Origin: Porticoccaceae bacterium
Lineage (GTDB): Bacteria; Pseudomonadota; Gammaproteobacteria; Pseudomonadales; Porticoccaceae
DNA: 64,000 nt
Assembly: GCA_050175615.1 (NCBI GenBank)
Contig: JBFXIU010000001.1
Span: 547 to 64,546 of the forward strand
Direction of reading: 5' to 3'
This document shows, in pieces, positions 50,123 to 60,350 of the stretch. The notes below the pieces were generated by a model. That model saw only the letters and a list, made by a program, of their open reading frames with translations, was not told where the DNA came from and did no database searches. The first letter of the stretch is position 1; each line of letters opens with the position of its first letter. The translations under genes were made by a program, and so were the position numbers.

Positions 50123-50730
50123 GTGAAGACACGAAAAACCAGGACAGGCACCAGCAGAAAATGCAGAAACTCAAGGAGAAGGTCGACGCCCATATCGAAG
50201 CGGCAAACACCGAGCGCGGCGTCATGATCCTGCTCACCGGCAACGGCAAGGGCAAAAGCAGTTCCGCCTTTGGTATGGTGATGCGCAGCCTGGGTTACGG
50301 CTACAAAGTGGGGGTGGTGCAATTTATCAAGGGCGAGCAGCTCTCCGGCGAAGAGATTTATATTCGCGAGCAGTGCCCACAGGTGGATTTTTATCAAATG
50401 GGCACGGGCTTTACCTGGGATACTCAGGATCGCTCAGGGGATATGGCCGCCGCCGAGCGCACCTGGCAGGTGGCGGAGCGCATGCTGGCAGACCCCAGTT
50501 TTCATTTGGTGGTGCTGGACGAGCTGACCTATATGCTCAGTTTTAAGTACCTGGATGAGAGCAGGGTGCTGTCGGCACTGAAAAACCGCCCCCAGGAACA
50601 GAGCGTGGTGGTCACCGGGCGCGGCGGTGGTTCAGAGCTCATTGAAATTGCCGACACGGTCACCGAGCTCAAAGACATCAAGCATGGTTACGCCTCAGGT
50701 ATCAAAGCCCGCAAGGGCGTCGACTTTTAG
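50119..50730 (+). CDS. cobO: Cob(I)yrinic acid a,c-diamide / cob(I)alamin adenosyltransferase
   Basis: P-loop LLTGNGKGKSSSAFG, VGVVQFIKG and LVVLDELTY are typical of CobA/CobO/BtuR. Confidence 0.9.
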   Translation: MSEDTKNQDRHQQKMQKLKEKVDAHIEAANTERGVMILLTGNGKGKSSSAFGMVMRSLGYGYKVGVVQFIKGEQLSGEEIYIREQCPQVDFYQMGTGFTWDTQDRSGDMAAAERTWQVAERMLADPSFHLVVLDELTYMLSFKYLDESRVLSALKNRPQEQSVVVTGRGGGSELIEIADTVTELKDIKHGYASGIKARKGVDF

Positions 50731-50742
50731 GCCGGAGCGAAG

Positions 50743-51774
50743 GTGCGCCATATTCGCCCGCAAAAACTGCTGATGATTCTGGCATTGCTGTTGCCGGTGG
50801 TGGCGCTGTTTTCCCTGATGTCCGGAGCCGTCAATCTGCCGTTGGCAAGTGTGGGTCGAGCGTTTTCGGAGTGGTTTGCTGCCAGCGGCCTGGTGAGCCA
50901 GGACAGCATTATTCTTGTCAATATTCGCTTGCCCCGTATTGTTCTGGCGATGGCTGTTGGCGCCGTGTTGGCCAGTAGCGGTGCGGTGATGCAGGGGTTG
51001 TTTCGCAATCCCCTTGCCGATCCTTCCTTGATCGGTGTGTCCAGCGGCGCGTCCGTGGGCGCCAGCCTGGTGATTGTGGCGGCGTCCTCCCTGTTGCAAA
51101 GCACCGCGACCTTTGGCCTGACCCTGGTGGCGCTGGGGGCTTTTGGCGGCGGTTTTGTCGCCACTATTCTGGTATACCGGCTGGCCACTTCCAATATGGG
51201 CACTTCCGTTGCCACCATGCTGTTGGCGGGCATCGCCATCAGCGCCTTTGCTGGCGCCATCAACAGCCTGCTCAGTTATTTTGCCGACAACGATATGCTC
51301 CGTCAGATCAGCCTCTGGCAAATGGGCAATCTCAGCACCGCCAACTGGCCGCGGGTGGCGCTGATAACCCTGGTGGCGGTCATTCTGGCGGTGGGCTTTC
51401 CCCGCAACAGCCGGGCGCTCAACGCCATGCTTCTCGGCGAGTCGGAAGCCCGCCATCTGGGGGTGGATGTGCAGCGCATCAAAACCCGGCTGATTGTGCT
51501 CACCGCTCTCGGGGTGGGTACAGCGGTGGCGGTCGCCGGGCTGGTGGCCTTTGTCGGCCTGGTGGTTCCCCATGTGATTCGCCTTCTTATTGGCCCCGAT
51601 CACCGTTGGCTGATTCCCGGTTCCGCCATTGCCGGAGCGGTTTTATTGCTGATTGCCGATAATCTGGCGCGTATTCTGGTGTCGCCCGCAGAATTGCCCA
51701 CGGGAATTCTCACCGCACTGTTGGGCGCACCCTTTTTTGTGGCTCTGTTGGTGCAGCAGCGGGTGAGGTTATAG
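50743..51774 (+). CDS. btuC: Vitamin B12 ABC importer permease (FecCD family)
   Basis: FecCD-family pattern (RLPRIVLAMAVGAVLASSGAVMQGLFRNPLADPSLIGVSSGAS; PTGILTALLGAPFF). Confidence 0.88.
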   Translation: MRHIRPQKLLMILALLLPVVALFSLMSGAVNLPLASVGRAFSEWFAASGLVSQDSIILVNIRLPRIVLAMAVGAVLASSGAVMQGLFRNPLADPSLIGVSSGASVGASLVIVAASSLLQSTATFGLTLVALGAFGGGFVATILVYRLATSNMGTSVATMLLAGIAISAFAGAINSLLSYFADNDMLRQISLWQMGNLSTANWPRVALITLVAVILAVGFPRNSRALNAMLLGESEARHLGVDVQRIKTRLIVLTALGVGTAVAVAGLVAFVGLVVPHVIRLLIGPDHRWLIPGSAIAGAVLLLIADNLARILVSPAELPTGILTALLGAPFFVALLVQQRVRL

Positions 51775-51776
51775 CC

Positions 51777-52550
51777 ATGGCTTTAGTTGCCAATAAGGTT
51801 TCGGTACACCTTGCCGGGTTTGATTTACTGCGCCGAGTATCCGTGGCCGTTGAGCCGGGCAAAGTGACTGCGGTGGTGGGGCCAAACGGGGCGGGCAAGT
51901 CGTCGTTGTTGCGGGTGCTCAGCGGAGATTTGCAGGTCACCGGGGGCGATGTTGCCCTCAATCATCTGCAATTGGCTGACTGGCATCCGGAAAAACGGGC
52001 ACAGATATTGGCCGTATTGCCCCAGCAGACACCGCTCAATTTTCCGTTTACTGCCCGTGAGGTGGTGGAGCTGGGGCGTACACCCCACGACACCGGCAAG
52101 ATCAGGGACAGGGACATTGTTCAGCAAGCCCTGGCGCTGGTGGATGCTTCTTATCTGGATAAACGCTTCTACACAGAAATGTCTGGAGGGGAAAAACAGC
52201 GGGTGCAGCTGGCGCGGGTGCTGGCGCAGATTTGGGAACCGTCGCCGCTGGGTGAGCGCTTTTTGATTATGGATGAGCCCACGTCGGCCTTTGACCTCTG
52301 CCATCAGCAGATGACCCTGGACATTGTTCAGCGTTTTTCCGGCGAAGGAGTGGGGGTGTTGATGGTACTTCACGACCTCAATCTGGCGGCGCGCTGTGCC
52401 GATAACCTGGTGGTGCTCACCTGCGGCACGATTGCCGCTCAGGGCAGCCCGGAAGATGTGCTTACCGAAGCGTTGATTGCCGATGTCTTTCGCGTGAAGG
52501 CGATGATTGGTCGCAACCCGCGCACCAATACGCCGCTGGTGATCACATGA
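51777..52550 (+). CDS. btuD: Vitamin B12/heme-type ABC importer ATP-binding protein
   Basis: Walker A GPNGAGKSS, signature MSGGEKQRV and Walker B FLIMDEPTS. Confidence 0.88.
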   Translation: MALVANKVSVHLAGFDLLRRVSVAVEPGKVTAVVGPNGAGKSSLLRVLSGDLQVTGGDVALNHLQLADWHPEKRAQILAVLPQQTPLNFPFTAREVVELGRTPHDTGKIRDRDIVQQALALVDASYLDKRFYTEMSGGEKQRVQLARVLAQIWEPSPLGERFLIMDEPTSAFDLCHQQMTLDIVQRFSGEGVGVLMVLHDLNLAARCADNLVVLTCGTIAAQGSPEDVLTEALIADVFRVKAMIGRNPRTNTPLVIT

Positions 52551-53440
52551 GATCGGGGCGGATAAAACCTGCTGCGGTCTGGCGGATTTTTATTCTTTTG
52601 TGCGGCTTCTCGGCAGCGGCTTATGGCGAGATTCGCCTTGAGGACGATCTCGGCAGCCAGGTGGTATTGGCGGCGCCAGCCCAGCGAATTATCTCCCTGG
52701 CGCCGAATATTACTGAAATGCTCTATTTTGTCGGCGCCGGAGACCGCATCATCGGCGCCGATGAATACAGCAACTATCCCGAAGAGGCCAAAAATATTCT
52801 TCGCGTCAATAATTATCAGGCGGCCAATTACGAACTGATTTTGTCGCTGAAACCTGACCTGGTGATCGCCTGGCATTCCGGCAATGGCGACCAGATTATT
52901 GCCCGGTTGCGCCAGCTGGGATTGCCGGTTTTTGTCATTGAGCCCCGGCGGCTGGACGATATCGCGAGAATTTTTCACCAGTTCGGTGTGCTTTCCGGGC
53001 TTGTGGCAGGCGCCACCCAAAAGGCTGAAGCTTTCAACGATGAGCTGGCAAGTTTGCGTGGCCGATATGAGCAGGCCGCCCCGGTAAGGGTGTTTTATCA
53101 GATTTGGAACGAACCCTTGATCACCCTTAACGGCAAGCATCTGGTCAGTGATGTTATTCGTCTCTGTGGTGGAGTCAACGTGTTCGGCGACGCCATCCCC
53201 CTGGTGCCCTATGTCAATATCGAAGCGGTGATTCGCGCCAATCCCCAGGTCATTGTTGCCAGTGGCAGCAGTGACGCCAGTCCCCAGTGGCTGCAAATGT
53301 GGCGGGACTGGCCAGCCATAGATGCAGTGCAGCACAATCGCGTTTACGCCATTCCCCCGGATTTGATGCAGCGCCACTCCATGCGCATCCTTGAGGGTGC
53401 CCAAAGCCTGTGCCAGTTTCTTGATGGAGCGCGACAATAA
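52547..53440 (+). CDS. btuF: Periplasmic cobalamin-binding protein
   Basis: Signal peptide ([14 protein letters not shown]), then [32 protein letters not shown], typical of BtuF. There is an ATGA overlap with btuD. Confidence 0.85.
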   Translation: MRSGRIKPAAVWRIFILLCGFSAAAYGEIRLEDDLGSQVVLAAPAQRIISLAPNITEMLYFVGAGDRIIGADEYSNYPEEAKNILRVNNYQAANYELILSLKPDLVIAWHSGNGDQIIARLRQLGLPVFVIEPRRLDDIARIFHQFGVLSGLVAGATQKAEAFNDELASLRGRYEQAAPVRVFYQIWNEPLITLNGKHLVSDVIRLCGGVNVFGDAIPLVPYVNIEAVIRANPQVIVASGSSDASPQWLQMWRDWPAIDAVQHNRVYAIPPDLMQRHSMRILEGAQSLCQFLDGARQ

Positions 53441-53519
53441 ACCCGGCTTTTGGTCTGGCTTCCTTGATGGAATCGCTTTGATTGGGCATAGTTACGCCTT
53501 TTACGACAAAGGCTCGCCA

Positions 53520-54194
53520 ATGGCAGATTTCCTTATAGCTCCATCGATTCTCTCCGCTGATTTTGCCCGCCTCGGCGAAGAGGTCGACGCCGTTCTCAAC
53601 GCCGGTGCCGATGTGGTTCACTTCGATGTCATGGACAATCACTATGTGCCCAATCTCACCATCGGCCCCATGGTGTGCAAGGCGTTGCGCAATTACGGAG
53701 TAACGGCGCCCATTGATGTTCACCTCATGGTGGACCCGGTGGATGACCTTATTCGCATGTTTGCCGATGCTGGCGCCAGCTGGATTACCTTTCACCCCGA
53801 AGCGTCCCGCCATGTGGATCGCTCCCTGCAGTTGATTCGCGAGCTGGGCTGCAAGGCGGGTCTGGTGCTCAATCCCGCCACCGGCCTCGATTGTGTCGAC
53901 TATGTCATGGACAAGCTCGATATGATTTTACTGATGTCGGTAAACCCCGGCTTTGGCGGCCAGAAGTTTATTCCCAAAACCCTGGATAAGCTCAAAGCTG
54001 CCCGCAAACGCATTGATGATTCAGGTCTCGCCATTCGTCTGGAAATCGACGGCGGCGTCACCGCAAATAATATCGCCGAGATCGCCGCCGCTGGCGCCGA
54101 CACCTTTGTCGCCGGTTCAGCCATTTACGGCGCCGCCAGCTACGCCGAGGCCATTGCCGCCATGCGCGCCGAACTGGCCAGGGTTGGAGTATAG
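53520..54194 (+). CDS. rpe: Ribulose-phosphate 3-epimerase
   Basis: [34 protein letters not shown] and [13 protein letters not shown]. Confidence 0.95.
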   Translation: MADFLIAPSILSADFARLGEEVDAVLNAGADVVHFDVMDNHYVPNLTIGPMVCKALRNYGVTAPIDVHLMVDPVDDLIRMFADAGASWITFHPEASRHVDRSLQLIRELGCKAGLVLNPATGLDCVDYVMDKLDMILLMSVNPGFGGQKFIPKTLDKLKAARKRIDDSGLAIRLEIDGGVTANNIAEIAAAGADTFVAGSAIYGAASYAEAIAAMRAELARVGV

Positions 54195-54250
54195 AGGTTT
54201 TAAAGCGTGCCAAAATCCACTAAACTGCCACGCAAATTCAGGACGTAACC

Positions 54251-54346
54251 ATGAGAGAGCGCAAGCCCTGTTCGACATTTCATGCTTTTCACTGCTGGCG
54301 ATGGCGCCAATAGCAGTGGTTGCCCGCGTCTGGCGGGATCTTTTAG
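54251..54346 (+). promoter_or_regulatory. Candidate trp leader peptide (20 aa, two Trp codons) and attenuator-like hairpins
   Basis: ORF 54251-54313 encodes MRERKPCSTFHAFHCWRWRQ, with Trp at codons 16 and 18 and the SD AGGA. A CACTGCT/AGCAGTG stem (54290-54296 / 54312-54318) encloses the Trp codons. Then CCCGC-gtctg-GCGGG (54323-54337) is followed by atcTTTT. Confidence 0.4.
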
Positions 54347-54380
54347 GTAATTGAGTTTTATCTGAATTTTTAATAAAGGC

Positions 54381-55889
54381 ATGAACATGAATCAGCAACA
54401 GTTTGCCGAGCTGGCAGCTCAGGGCGCGGCGGAAGGCAAAGGGCGAATCCCTGTCACTCGCGAAATCCTCGCCGATCTCGAAACTCCCGTCAGTACCTAC
54501 CTTAAATTGGCGCGCGGCGCCTATTCCTATTTGTTTGAATCTGTAGAAGGCGGCGAAAAATGGGGGCGTTACTCTTTTATTGGCTTGCCTGCTCGAACGG
54601 TACTTAAAGTCTGCGGCGATGAAATCCGCCGGGAAGAGGACGGCCACTGCGTTGAGTCATTCAAGGTTGAGGATCCTCTAGCCTATATCGACGATTTTTG
54701 TCGCAGCTTTGATGTTGTCGATGTGCCGGGGCTGCCCAGGTTTAACGGCGGTCTGGTAGGTTACTTTGGCTACGACACCGTGCGCTACGTGGAGCCGCGC
54801 CTGCGGGCGACGACCCCTCCGGATGAACTGGGCACCCCGGATATTCTGTTGATGGTGTCCGACGACGTGGTGGTTTTTGACAACCTCGCCGGCAAGCTTG
54901 TCCTTATCGTTCATGTCGATCCGGCGGATGAAAACGCCTTCCAGGTCGCCCAGCAGCGCCTCGATGAAATCGAAAGCCGCCTCCACCAGCCGACACCGGA
55001 TCTGCCGCCCATCAAGCTTCAAGGCGAGGGGGTTGCCGAGTCGGCGTTTATCTCCAGCATGGGGCAGGCGGGTTACGAAGCGGCGGTAGAAAAAATCAAG
55101 GCCTACACCCAGCAGGGCGATATTATGCAGGTGGTGCCCTCCCAGCGGCTGACGCTGCCGTTCCCGGCGGAACCCTTAAACCTTTACCGCGCGCTGCGCA
55201 ATCTCAATCCTTCGCCCTACCTGTTTTTTCTCGATCTGGGCGAGTTCCAGATTGCCGGTTCATCCCCGGAGATTCTCGCCCGCCTTGAGAATGGCGAAGT
55301 GACCGTCAGACCCATTGCCGGCACCCGTCGACGAGGCCATACCCACGAAGAAGATCTGGCCATGGAAGCGGAGATGCTTGCCGACCCCAAGGAAATCGCC
55401 GAGCACCTGATGCTGATCGACCTGGGGCGCAACGATGTTGGCCGGGTTTCAAAAATTGGCGAAGTCAAAGTCACCGAAAAAATGGTGGTGGAGCGCTTTT
55501 CCCACGTCATGCACATCACCTCCAATGTCACCGGGCGAGTTCGCGACGGTGTTGGCGCCATCGATGTGCTGCGCGCCACACTACCAGCGGGCACCCTCAG
55601 CGGCGCGCCGAAAATCCGCGCCATGGAAATTATCGACGAACTCGAATCGGTAAAGCGCTGTATTTACGGCGGCGCCGTCGGCTACCTCGGCTGGAATGGC
55701 AATATGGATATGGCCATCGCCATTCGCACCGCAGTCATTAAAGACGGCAACCTCTATGTTCAGGCCGGCGGCGGCATCGTTGCCGACTCCGTGCCCGCCC
55801 TTGAGTGGAAAGAAACCATGAACAAGGCGCGCGCCATTTTTCGCGCCGCCGCCATGGTTTTACCGGAATCCGGGGAGGAAACGCCATGA
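54381..55889 (+). CDS. trpE: Anthranilate synthase component I
   Basis: [31 protein letters not shown] and GGAVGY are chorismate-binding enzyme motifs. A trpG gene follows. Confidence 0.95.
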   Translation: MNMNQQQFAELAAQGAAEGKGRIPVTREILADLETPVSTYLKLARGAYSYLFESVEGGEKWGRYSFIGLPARTVLKVCGDEIRREEDGHCVESFKVEDPLAYIDDFCRSFDVVDVPGLPRFNGGLVGYFGYDTVRYVEPRLRATTPPDELGTPDILLMVSDDVVVFDNLAGKLVLIVHVDPADENAFQVAQQRLDEIESRLHQPTPDLPPIKLQGEGVAESAFISSMGQAGYEAAVEKIKAYTQQGDIMQVVPSQRLTLPFPAEPLNLYRALRNLNPSPYLFFLDLGEFQIAGSSPEILARLENGEVTVRPIAGTRRRGHTHEEDLAMEAEMLADPKEIAEHLMLIDLGRNDVGRVSKIGEVKVTEKMVVERFSHVMHITSNVTGRVRDGVGAIDVLRATLPAGTLSGAPKIRAMEIIDELESVKRCIYGGAVGYLGWNGNMDMAIAIRTAVIKDGNLYVQAGGGIVADSVPALEWKETMNKARAIFRAAAMVLPESGEETP

Positions 55890-56470
55890 TTCTGATGATC
55901 GACAACTATGACTCCTTCACCTACAACGTGGTGCAGTATCTGGGGGAGCTGGGTGCGGATGTGCTGGTGTTTCGCAACGATGAGCTGAGCATTGAGGATA
56001 TTGCCGCCATGGCGCCGGAGAAAATTGTCATCTCTCCCGGCCCCTGCACACCCAACGAGGCGGGCATTTCTGTGGCGGCGATTCGCGAATTTGCCGGCAA
56101 AATTCCGATCCTCGGTATCTGTCTGGGGCACCAGAGTATTGGTCAGGCTTTTGGCGGTCGTATCGTTCGCGCCAGAGAAGTTATGCACGGCAAGACATCC
56201 CCGATTTTCCACGCCAATAAGGGAGTGTTTTGCGGGTTAACCAATCCCTTTGAGGCCACTCGCTATCACTCCCTGATTATCGAAAAAGAAACCCTGCCGG
56301 ATTGCCTGGAGGTGACTGCCTGGACTCAGCACGGGGATGGCTCCGTGGATGAAATCATGGGGGTGCGCCATCGCCAATTTGATATTGAAGGGGTGCAATT
56401 CCATCCGGAATCCATCCTTACCGAGCAGGGTCACGACCTGCTGGCGAACTTTCTCAAAGGAGCCAGATAA
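55886..56470 (+). CDS. trpG: Anthranilate synthase component II (glutamine amidotransferase)
   Basis: [19 protein letters not shown], the GICLGHQ catalytic Cys and QFHPES. There is an ATGA overlap with trpE. Confidence 0.95.
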   Translation: MILMIDNYDSFTYNVVQYLGELGADVLVFRNDELSIEDIAAMAPEKIVISPGPCTPNEAGISVAAIREFAGKIPILGICLGHQSIGQAFGGRIVRAREVMHGKTSPIFHANKGVFCGLTNPFEATRYHSLIIEKETLPDCLEVTAWTQHGDGSVDEIMGVRHRQFDIEGVQFHPESILTEQGHDLLANFLKGAR

Positions 56471-57526
56471 ATGGACATTCAACAGGCGATTGGCCATGTG
56501 GTTGATGGCAAACATCTCCACCAGGAGCAAATGGTGGCAGTGATGCGCCAGATTATGACCGGCGGCGCCACCCAGGCGCAGATTGGCGGCTTTCTGGTGG
56601 CCATGCGCATGAAAGGCGAAACCGTGGATGAAATTACCGGCGCGGTGATGGTGATGCGCGAGCTGGCCTCCGGGGTGACGGTATCCGGGAACAACCTTGT
56701 GGATATTGTCGGCACCGGCGGCGATGGCGCCAATATTTTCAATGTTTCTACCGCCAGTTGTTTTGCCGTCGCTGTCAGTGGCGCCCAGGTTGTTAAACAC
56801 GGCAATCGCTCCCTGAGCAGTAAAAGTGGCAGCGCGGATTTGCTTGAAGCCGCCGGGGTTGCCATCGGCCTCGCTCCCCACCAGGTCACTCGCTGTGTTG
56901 AAGACATGGGCGTGGGCTTTATGTTTGCACCCGCTCACCACAGTGCCATGAAATATGCTGGAGCTGCGCGCAAGGAGCTGGGCATTCGCACACTGTTCAA
57001 TGTGCTGGGGCCCATGACCAATCCCGCCGGCGTCAAGCGCCAAATGATTGGGGTTTACGATGTTAAGCTTTGCCGTTTGGTGGCTGAGGTGCTCAAGCGG
57101 TTGGGCAGCGAGCATGTTTTGGTGGTTCACAGCGACGACGGCCTCGACGAAATCAGCCTGGCCGCAGTAACCCATGTAGTCGAACTAAAGGGTGGCGACA
57201 TCACCGAGTACGACATTGCTCCTGAGGATTTTGGTATCAATCGGCAGAGTCTCGACGGTCTCCGCGTTGCTGGCGCTGGCGACTCTTTAAAGCTGATAAG
57301 GGACGCCCTTGGCAAGCAGCAGACCGGTGAAGGAGCGAAAGCGGCGGATATGATCGCTCTTAATGCCGGTGCGGCCATTTACGTTTCCGGGGTTGCCCTC
57401 AATCTGGCTCAGGGGGTGGCCATGGCTCAGGATGCGATTGCCAGCGGTCTTGCCGGGGAAAAATTGCGCGAGCTTGCCGCCTTTACGGAATGCATGATCA
57501 CTGATGAGCAGGGAGAACCGCGTTGA
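56471..57526 (+). CDS. trpD: Anthranilate phosphoribosyltransferase
   Basis: [36 protein letters not shown] and [10 protein letters not shown]. Confidence 0.95.
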   Translation: MDIQQAIGHVVDGKHLHQEQMVAVMRQIMTGGATQAQIGGFLVAMRMKGETVDEITGAVMVMRELASGVTVSGNNLVDIVGTGGDGANIFNVSTASCFAVAVSGAQVVKHGNRSLSSKSGSADLLEAAGVAIGLAPHQVTRCVEDMGVGFMFAPAHHSAMKYAGAARKELGIRTLFNVLGPMTNPAGVKRQMIGVYDVKLCRLVAEVLKRLGSEHVLVVHSDDGLDEISLAAVTHVVELKGGDITEYDIAPEDFGINRQSLDGLRVAGAGDSLKLIRDALGKQQTGEGAKAADMIALNAGAAIYVSGVALNLAQGVAMAQDAIASGLAGEKLRELAAFTECMITDEQGEPR

Positions 57527-58317
57527 ACGCTCCCACCATACTGAAAAACATTATCGCCAGAAAATTTGCTGAAGTGGCAGAGCGCTCTGCCGCTGTTCCC
57601 GTTGAACAATTGAAAAGCCAGCTCGCCTCCGCCCCTGCGGTGCGCGGTTTTGCCAGTGCCATAAAGCGCTCCGTCGCCCAGGGGAAGCCAGCGGTTATCG
57701 CCGAAGTTAAGAAAGCCTCTCCCAGTAAGGGCGTGATTCGCGATCACTTTGTTCCCGCAGAGATTGCCGCCAGTTATGAAAAAGGCGGCGCTACCTGCCT
57801 GTCGGTATTGACCGATGTGGATTTTTTTCAGGGTGCCGACCCCTACCTGGCGGAGGCGCGCAATGCCTGTTCTCTGCCGGTGTTGCGCAAGGACTTTACC
57901 GTTGATCCCTATCAGGTTTACGAAGCCAGGGTGCTGGGCGCCGACTGTATTTTGCTGATTGTGGCGGCATTGGATCAGCCAGCGCTGGTTGAACTCCACG
58001 ATCTTGCCCTGGAGTTGGGGATGGACGTATTGGTGGAAGTTCACGACGGTGACGAGCTGGAAAGGGCATTGCAATTATCCACACCCTTGGTGGGCATCAA
58101 CAATCGCGACCTCCATACCTTCAGCACCACACTGGAAACCACTTTTTCACTTCTGGGAAAAATTCCCGAGAACAGGATAGTGATTACTGAAAGTGGTATT
58201 CACAGCCGTGACGATGTCCAGGCCATGGTCGCTAAAAATGTCCTCGGATTTTTGGTGGGGGAAGCCTTTATGCGTGCCGAAGAACCCGGAGAGCAGCTGG
58301 CCAGGCTTTTCTTTTAG
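57523..58317 (+). CDS. trpC: Indole-3-glycerol phosphate synthase
   Basis: [30 protein letters not shown] and VGINNRDL. Confidence 0.95.
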   Translation: MNAPTILKNIIARKFAEVAERSAAVPVEQLKSQLASAPAVRGFASAIKRSVAQGKPAVIAEVKKASPSKGVIRDHFVPAEIAASYEKGGATCLSVLTDVDFFQGADPYLAEARNACSLPVLRKDFTVDPYQVYEARVLGADCILLIVAALDQPALVELHDLALELGMDVLVEVHDGDELERALQLSTPLVGINNRDLHTFSTTLETTFSLLGKIPENRIVITESGIHSRDDVQAMVAKNVLGFLVGEAFMRAEEPGEQLARLFF

Positions 58318-58346
58318 TGTTTGGCGGTCAGTGATTCCGCTGTGTT

Positions 58347-58979
58347 TTAGCGGGTACCGTAGACCACCATGGTTTTGCCGTGAACACTGACCAGGCCTTG
58401 ATCTTCCAGGGTTTTGAGAACCCTGCCCACCATTTCCCGCGAGCAGCCGACGATGCGGCCGATTTCCTGGCGGGTGATTTTTATCTGCATGCCGTCCGGG
58501 TGGGTCATGGCATCCGGCTCGTTGCACAGCTCCAGCAGCGTCCGCGCCACGCGGCCAGTGACATCGAGAAAGGCCAGGTCGCCAACTTTGCGGGTGGTGT
58601 CGCGAAGGCGATTGGCCATCTGGCGGGCGACAGCGAAGAGCACATCGGTATTGGTTTCGGTAAATTCGAGAAATTTTGCATAGCTGATTTCGCCGACATC
58701 GCATTCGGTTTTGGCGCGAATCCAGGCGCTGCGATCTTCATGGCCAAATAGCCCCATCTCGCCGAAAAAATCTCCAGGGTTGAGATAGGCGACAATCATT
58801 TCCCTGCCGTCGTCGTCTTCGATCAAGACGGTTACGGAACCTTTGATGATGTAATAAAGAGTGTCGCCGGTATCACCGGCATAAATTAATGTGCTTTTTG
58901 CCGGGTAGCGACGGCGGTGGCAATGACTGAGAAAGTTCTCAACATTGGGAATATGGGGTGTTAGTGGTGTCAGTGCCAA
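58347..58979 (-). CDS. crp: cAMP-responsive global regulator Crp/Vfr
   Basis: [56 protein letters not shown] and [22 protein letters not shown] are near-identical to Vfr/CRP blocks. The TTG start at 58979 is preceded by the SD GGAGAG. The ORF frame extends to 59240. Confidence 0.93.
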   Translation of the reverse strand: MALTPLTPHIPNVENFLSHCHRRRYPAKSTLIYAGDTGDTLYYIIKGSVTVLIEDDDGREMIVAYLNPGDFFGEMGLFGHEDRSAWIRAKTECDVGEISYAKFLEFTETNTDVLFAVARQMANRLRDTTRKVGDLAFLDVTGRVARTLLELCNEPDAMTHPDGMQIKITRQEIGRIVGCSREMVGRVLKTLEDQGLVSVHGKTMVVYGTR

Positions 58980-59147
58980 GGGCTTCTCTCCTGTTTCACC
59001 TTGAACAAGGAAGTCTGTATCATAGCCTTCCGTTCGGTATTGACCTGTCGACGGGCAAGTTAGCCGCACGGGGTCAGAAAAATCAAGTAACAGGCTCACA
59101 TTACTCAGAGTCTGTTGGAAATTCAAATGGCAGCAAGTGAAGGGTTT

Positions 59148-59576
59148 ATGAAAGCAACAGTCAAGTGGGTTGATGGTGCGATGTTTGTCGCTGAATCTGG
59201 CAGCGGGCACGCCCTGGTCATGGACGGCCCCCCTGATCATGGCGGACGCAATCTCGGGCCAAGGCCCATGGAAATGTTGCTTCTCGGCGTCGGTGGTTGT
59301 TCAAGTTTCGATGTGGTCGATATTCTCAAGAAAAGCCGCCAGTCAGTCACTGGCTGTGAAACCCGCCTTGAGGCGGAAAGAGCAGACGCTGTTCCTGCGG
59401 TCTTTACTAAAATCCATATCCATTTCCGGGTCAGCGGTAACAGTCTCAAGGACAATATTGTCAAACGTGCTGTAGCCATGTCTGCGGAAAAATACTGCTC
59501 TGCCTCGATTATGCTGGGCAATGCCGGTGTCGAAATAACCCATTCCTACGAAATCGTTGCCGCTTCGCAAGAGTGA
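59148..59576 (+). CDS. OsmC/YhfA-family protein
   Basis: [25 protein letters not shown]...AEKYCSAS matches the OsmC-like two-Cys pattern. It is divergent from crp, as yhfA is in E. coli. Confidence 0.82.
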   Translation: MKATVKWVDGAMFVAESGSGHALVMDGPPDHGGRNLGPRPMEMLLLGVGGCSSFDVVDILKKSRQSVTGCETRLEAERADAVPAVFTKIHIHFRVSGNSLKDNIVKRAVAMSAEKYCSASIMLGNAGVEITHSYEIVAASQE

Positions 59577-59606
59577 GTGGTCTCTGCGCAATCAATAGGG
59601 ATGCCC

Positions 59607-59855
59607 TTAACCCGGAAGTTGCACCAGTTGGCTGAATTTTCGCGCCGAGATCGTTCGATTTGAGCGTGCTCCTGAGCGTAAACGCTGCCATAGCAACGTC
59701 GGAGCGAGCATGTGCGCTCAAATCGGGCGAGATCAAGTGAAAAACAGGCAAACATAGCCGGTAGTAAACTGACACCGAACTGCAATGACGTTTACGTCTG
59801 TTATACCCGCGCAAAACTCAGATTTCAGCCTGTACTGGTGCAATTTCCGGGTTAA
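59607..59855. repeat. MITE-like long imperfect palindrome (about 250 bp) with 38-48-nt terminal inverted repeats
   Basis: The left arm TTAACCCGGAAGTTGCACCAGTTGGCTGAATTTTCGCG (59607-59644) is the near reverse complement of CGCGCAAAACTCAGATTTCAGCCTGTACTGGTGCAATTTCCGGGTTAA (59808-59855). An inner inverted repeat is GAGATCGTTCGATTTGAGCG (59647-59666) with CGCTCAAATCGGGCGAGATC (59715-59734). There is no ORF. Confidence 0.65.
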
Positions 59856-59888
59856 ATGTATATGGCCTGATGGCCTGGTGTGGGGAAG

Positions 59889-59918
59889 GCAAAAAAAGGA
59901 GCCATAAAGGCTCCAAAA
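59889..59918 (-). terminator. Rho-independent terminator, copy 1 of a duplicated module
   Basis: On the minus strand: GGAGCC-tttat-GGCTCC followed by TTTTTTT. The stem is at 59898-59914. Confidence 0.7.
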
Positions 59919-59957
59919 TTTCCAGGGGGGTTAGGAAAGCGGTGATCTGTTGCCTGA

Positions 59958-60044
59958 TTACGGTTTTGCGCGCTCTTTCAGGAAGTACAGAGTTGTCAGC
60001 AACATGACGGCCAATGCCACATCAATAAGTACGGTGATAATCAT
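59958..60044 (-). CDS. Candidate 28-aa hydrophobic small membrane peptide
   Basis: ATG...TAA encodes MIITVLIDVALAVMLLTTLYFLKERAKP. It has a single TM-like helix with a basic tail. A terminator lies about 40 nt downstream. The SD is weak, and the ORF is too short to appear in the ORF track. Confidence 0.35.
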   Translation of the reverse strand: MIITVLIDVALAVMLLTTLYFLKERAKP

Positions 60045-60176
60045 GTCTGCTGCCTGAAGCGAGAAGTGCTGCCAGATTAATCTGCACACGCAGCTATGTT
60101 AAATGTATTATTTTTATCAAAAGCATAACCGGAAATAATGAGTTTGCGCTTATTTGGCGGTGCCCATAAATAACAG

Positions 60177-60207
60177 GCAAAAAAAAGGAGCCATAAAGGC
60201 TCCAAAA
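60177..60207 (-). terminator. Rho-independent terminator, copy 2 of the duplicated module
   Basis: It has the identical hairpin GGAGCC-tttat-GGCTCC (60187-60203) followed on the minus strand by a T9 run. The flanks resemble copy 1 over about 50 nt. Confidence 0.7.
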
Positions 60208-60350
60208 ATTTTATTACAGGAGGGTTAAAACCTTTGAGAGGCTGCCGGTGCAGCAGTTGGCAACCGCTCTAAACTTGTGTCCATCATAACGCCATCAAAA
60301 AATAACAAAAATGTATTATTATCATGCCTGATATGATTTGGGGTTATGGT

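Noticed and set aside
58980-59240. An 87-aa N-terminal extension of the crp/vfr ORF.
   Set aside because: Homology to Crp/Vfr begins at about residue 88. A TTG with the SD GGAGAG gives a 210-aa product of the expected size. The extension would also overlap the divergent osmC-like gene start.
59888-60228. The two identical hairpin repeats as a possible mini-CRISPR array.
   Set aside because: There are only two copies 288 bp apart, each flanked by A- and T-runs like terminators. There are no cas genes and no regular spacer periodicity.
60225-60287. A 20-codon minus-strand ORF (MMDTSLERLPTAAPAASQRF) upstream of terminator copy 2, as a second small protein.
   Set aside because: It is not hydrophobic, has no SD and does not resemble the 28-aa peptide. 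It is more likely part of a non-coding transcript or of the LysR-divergent promoter region.
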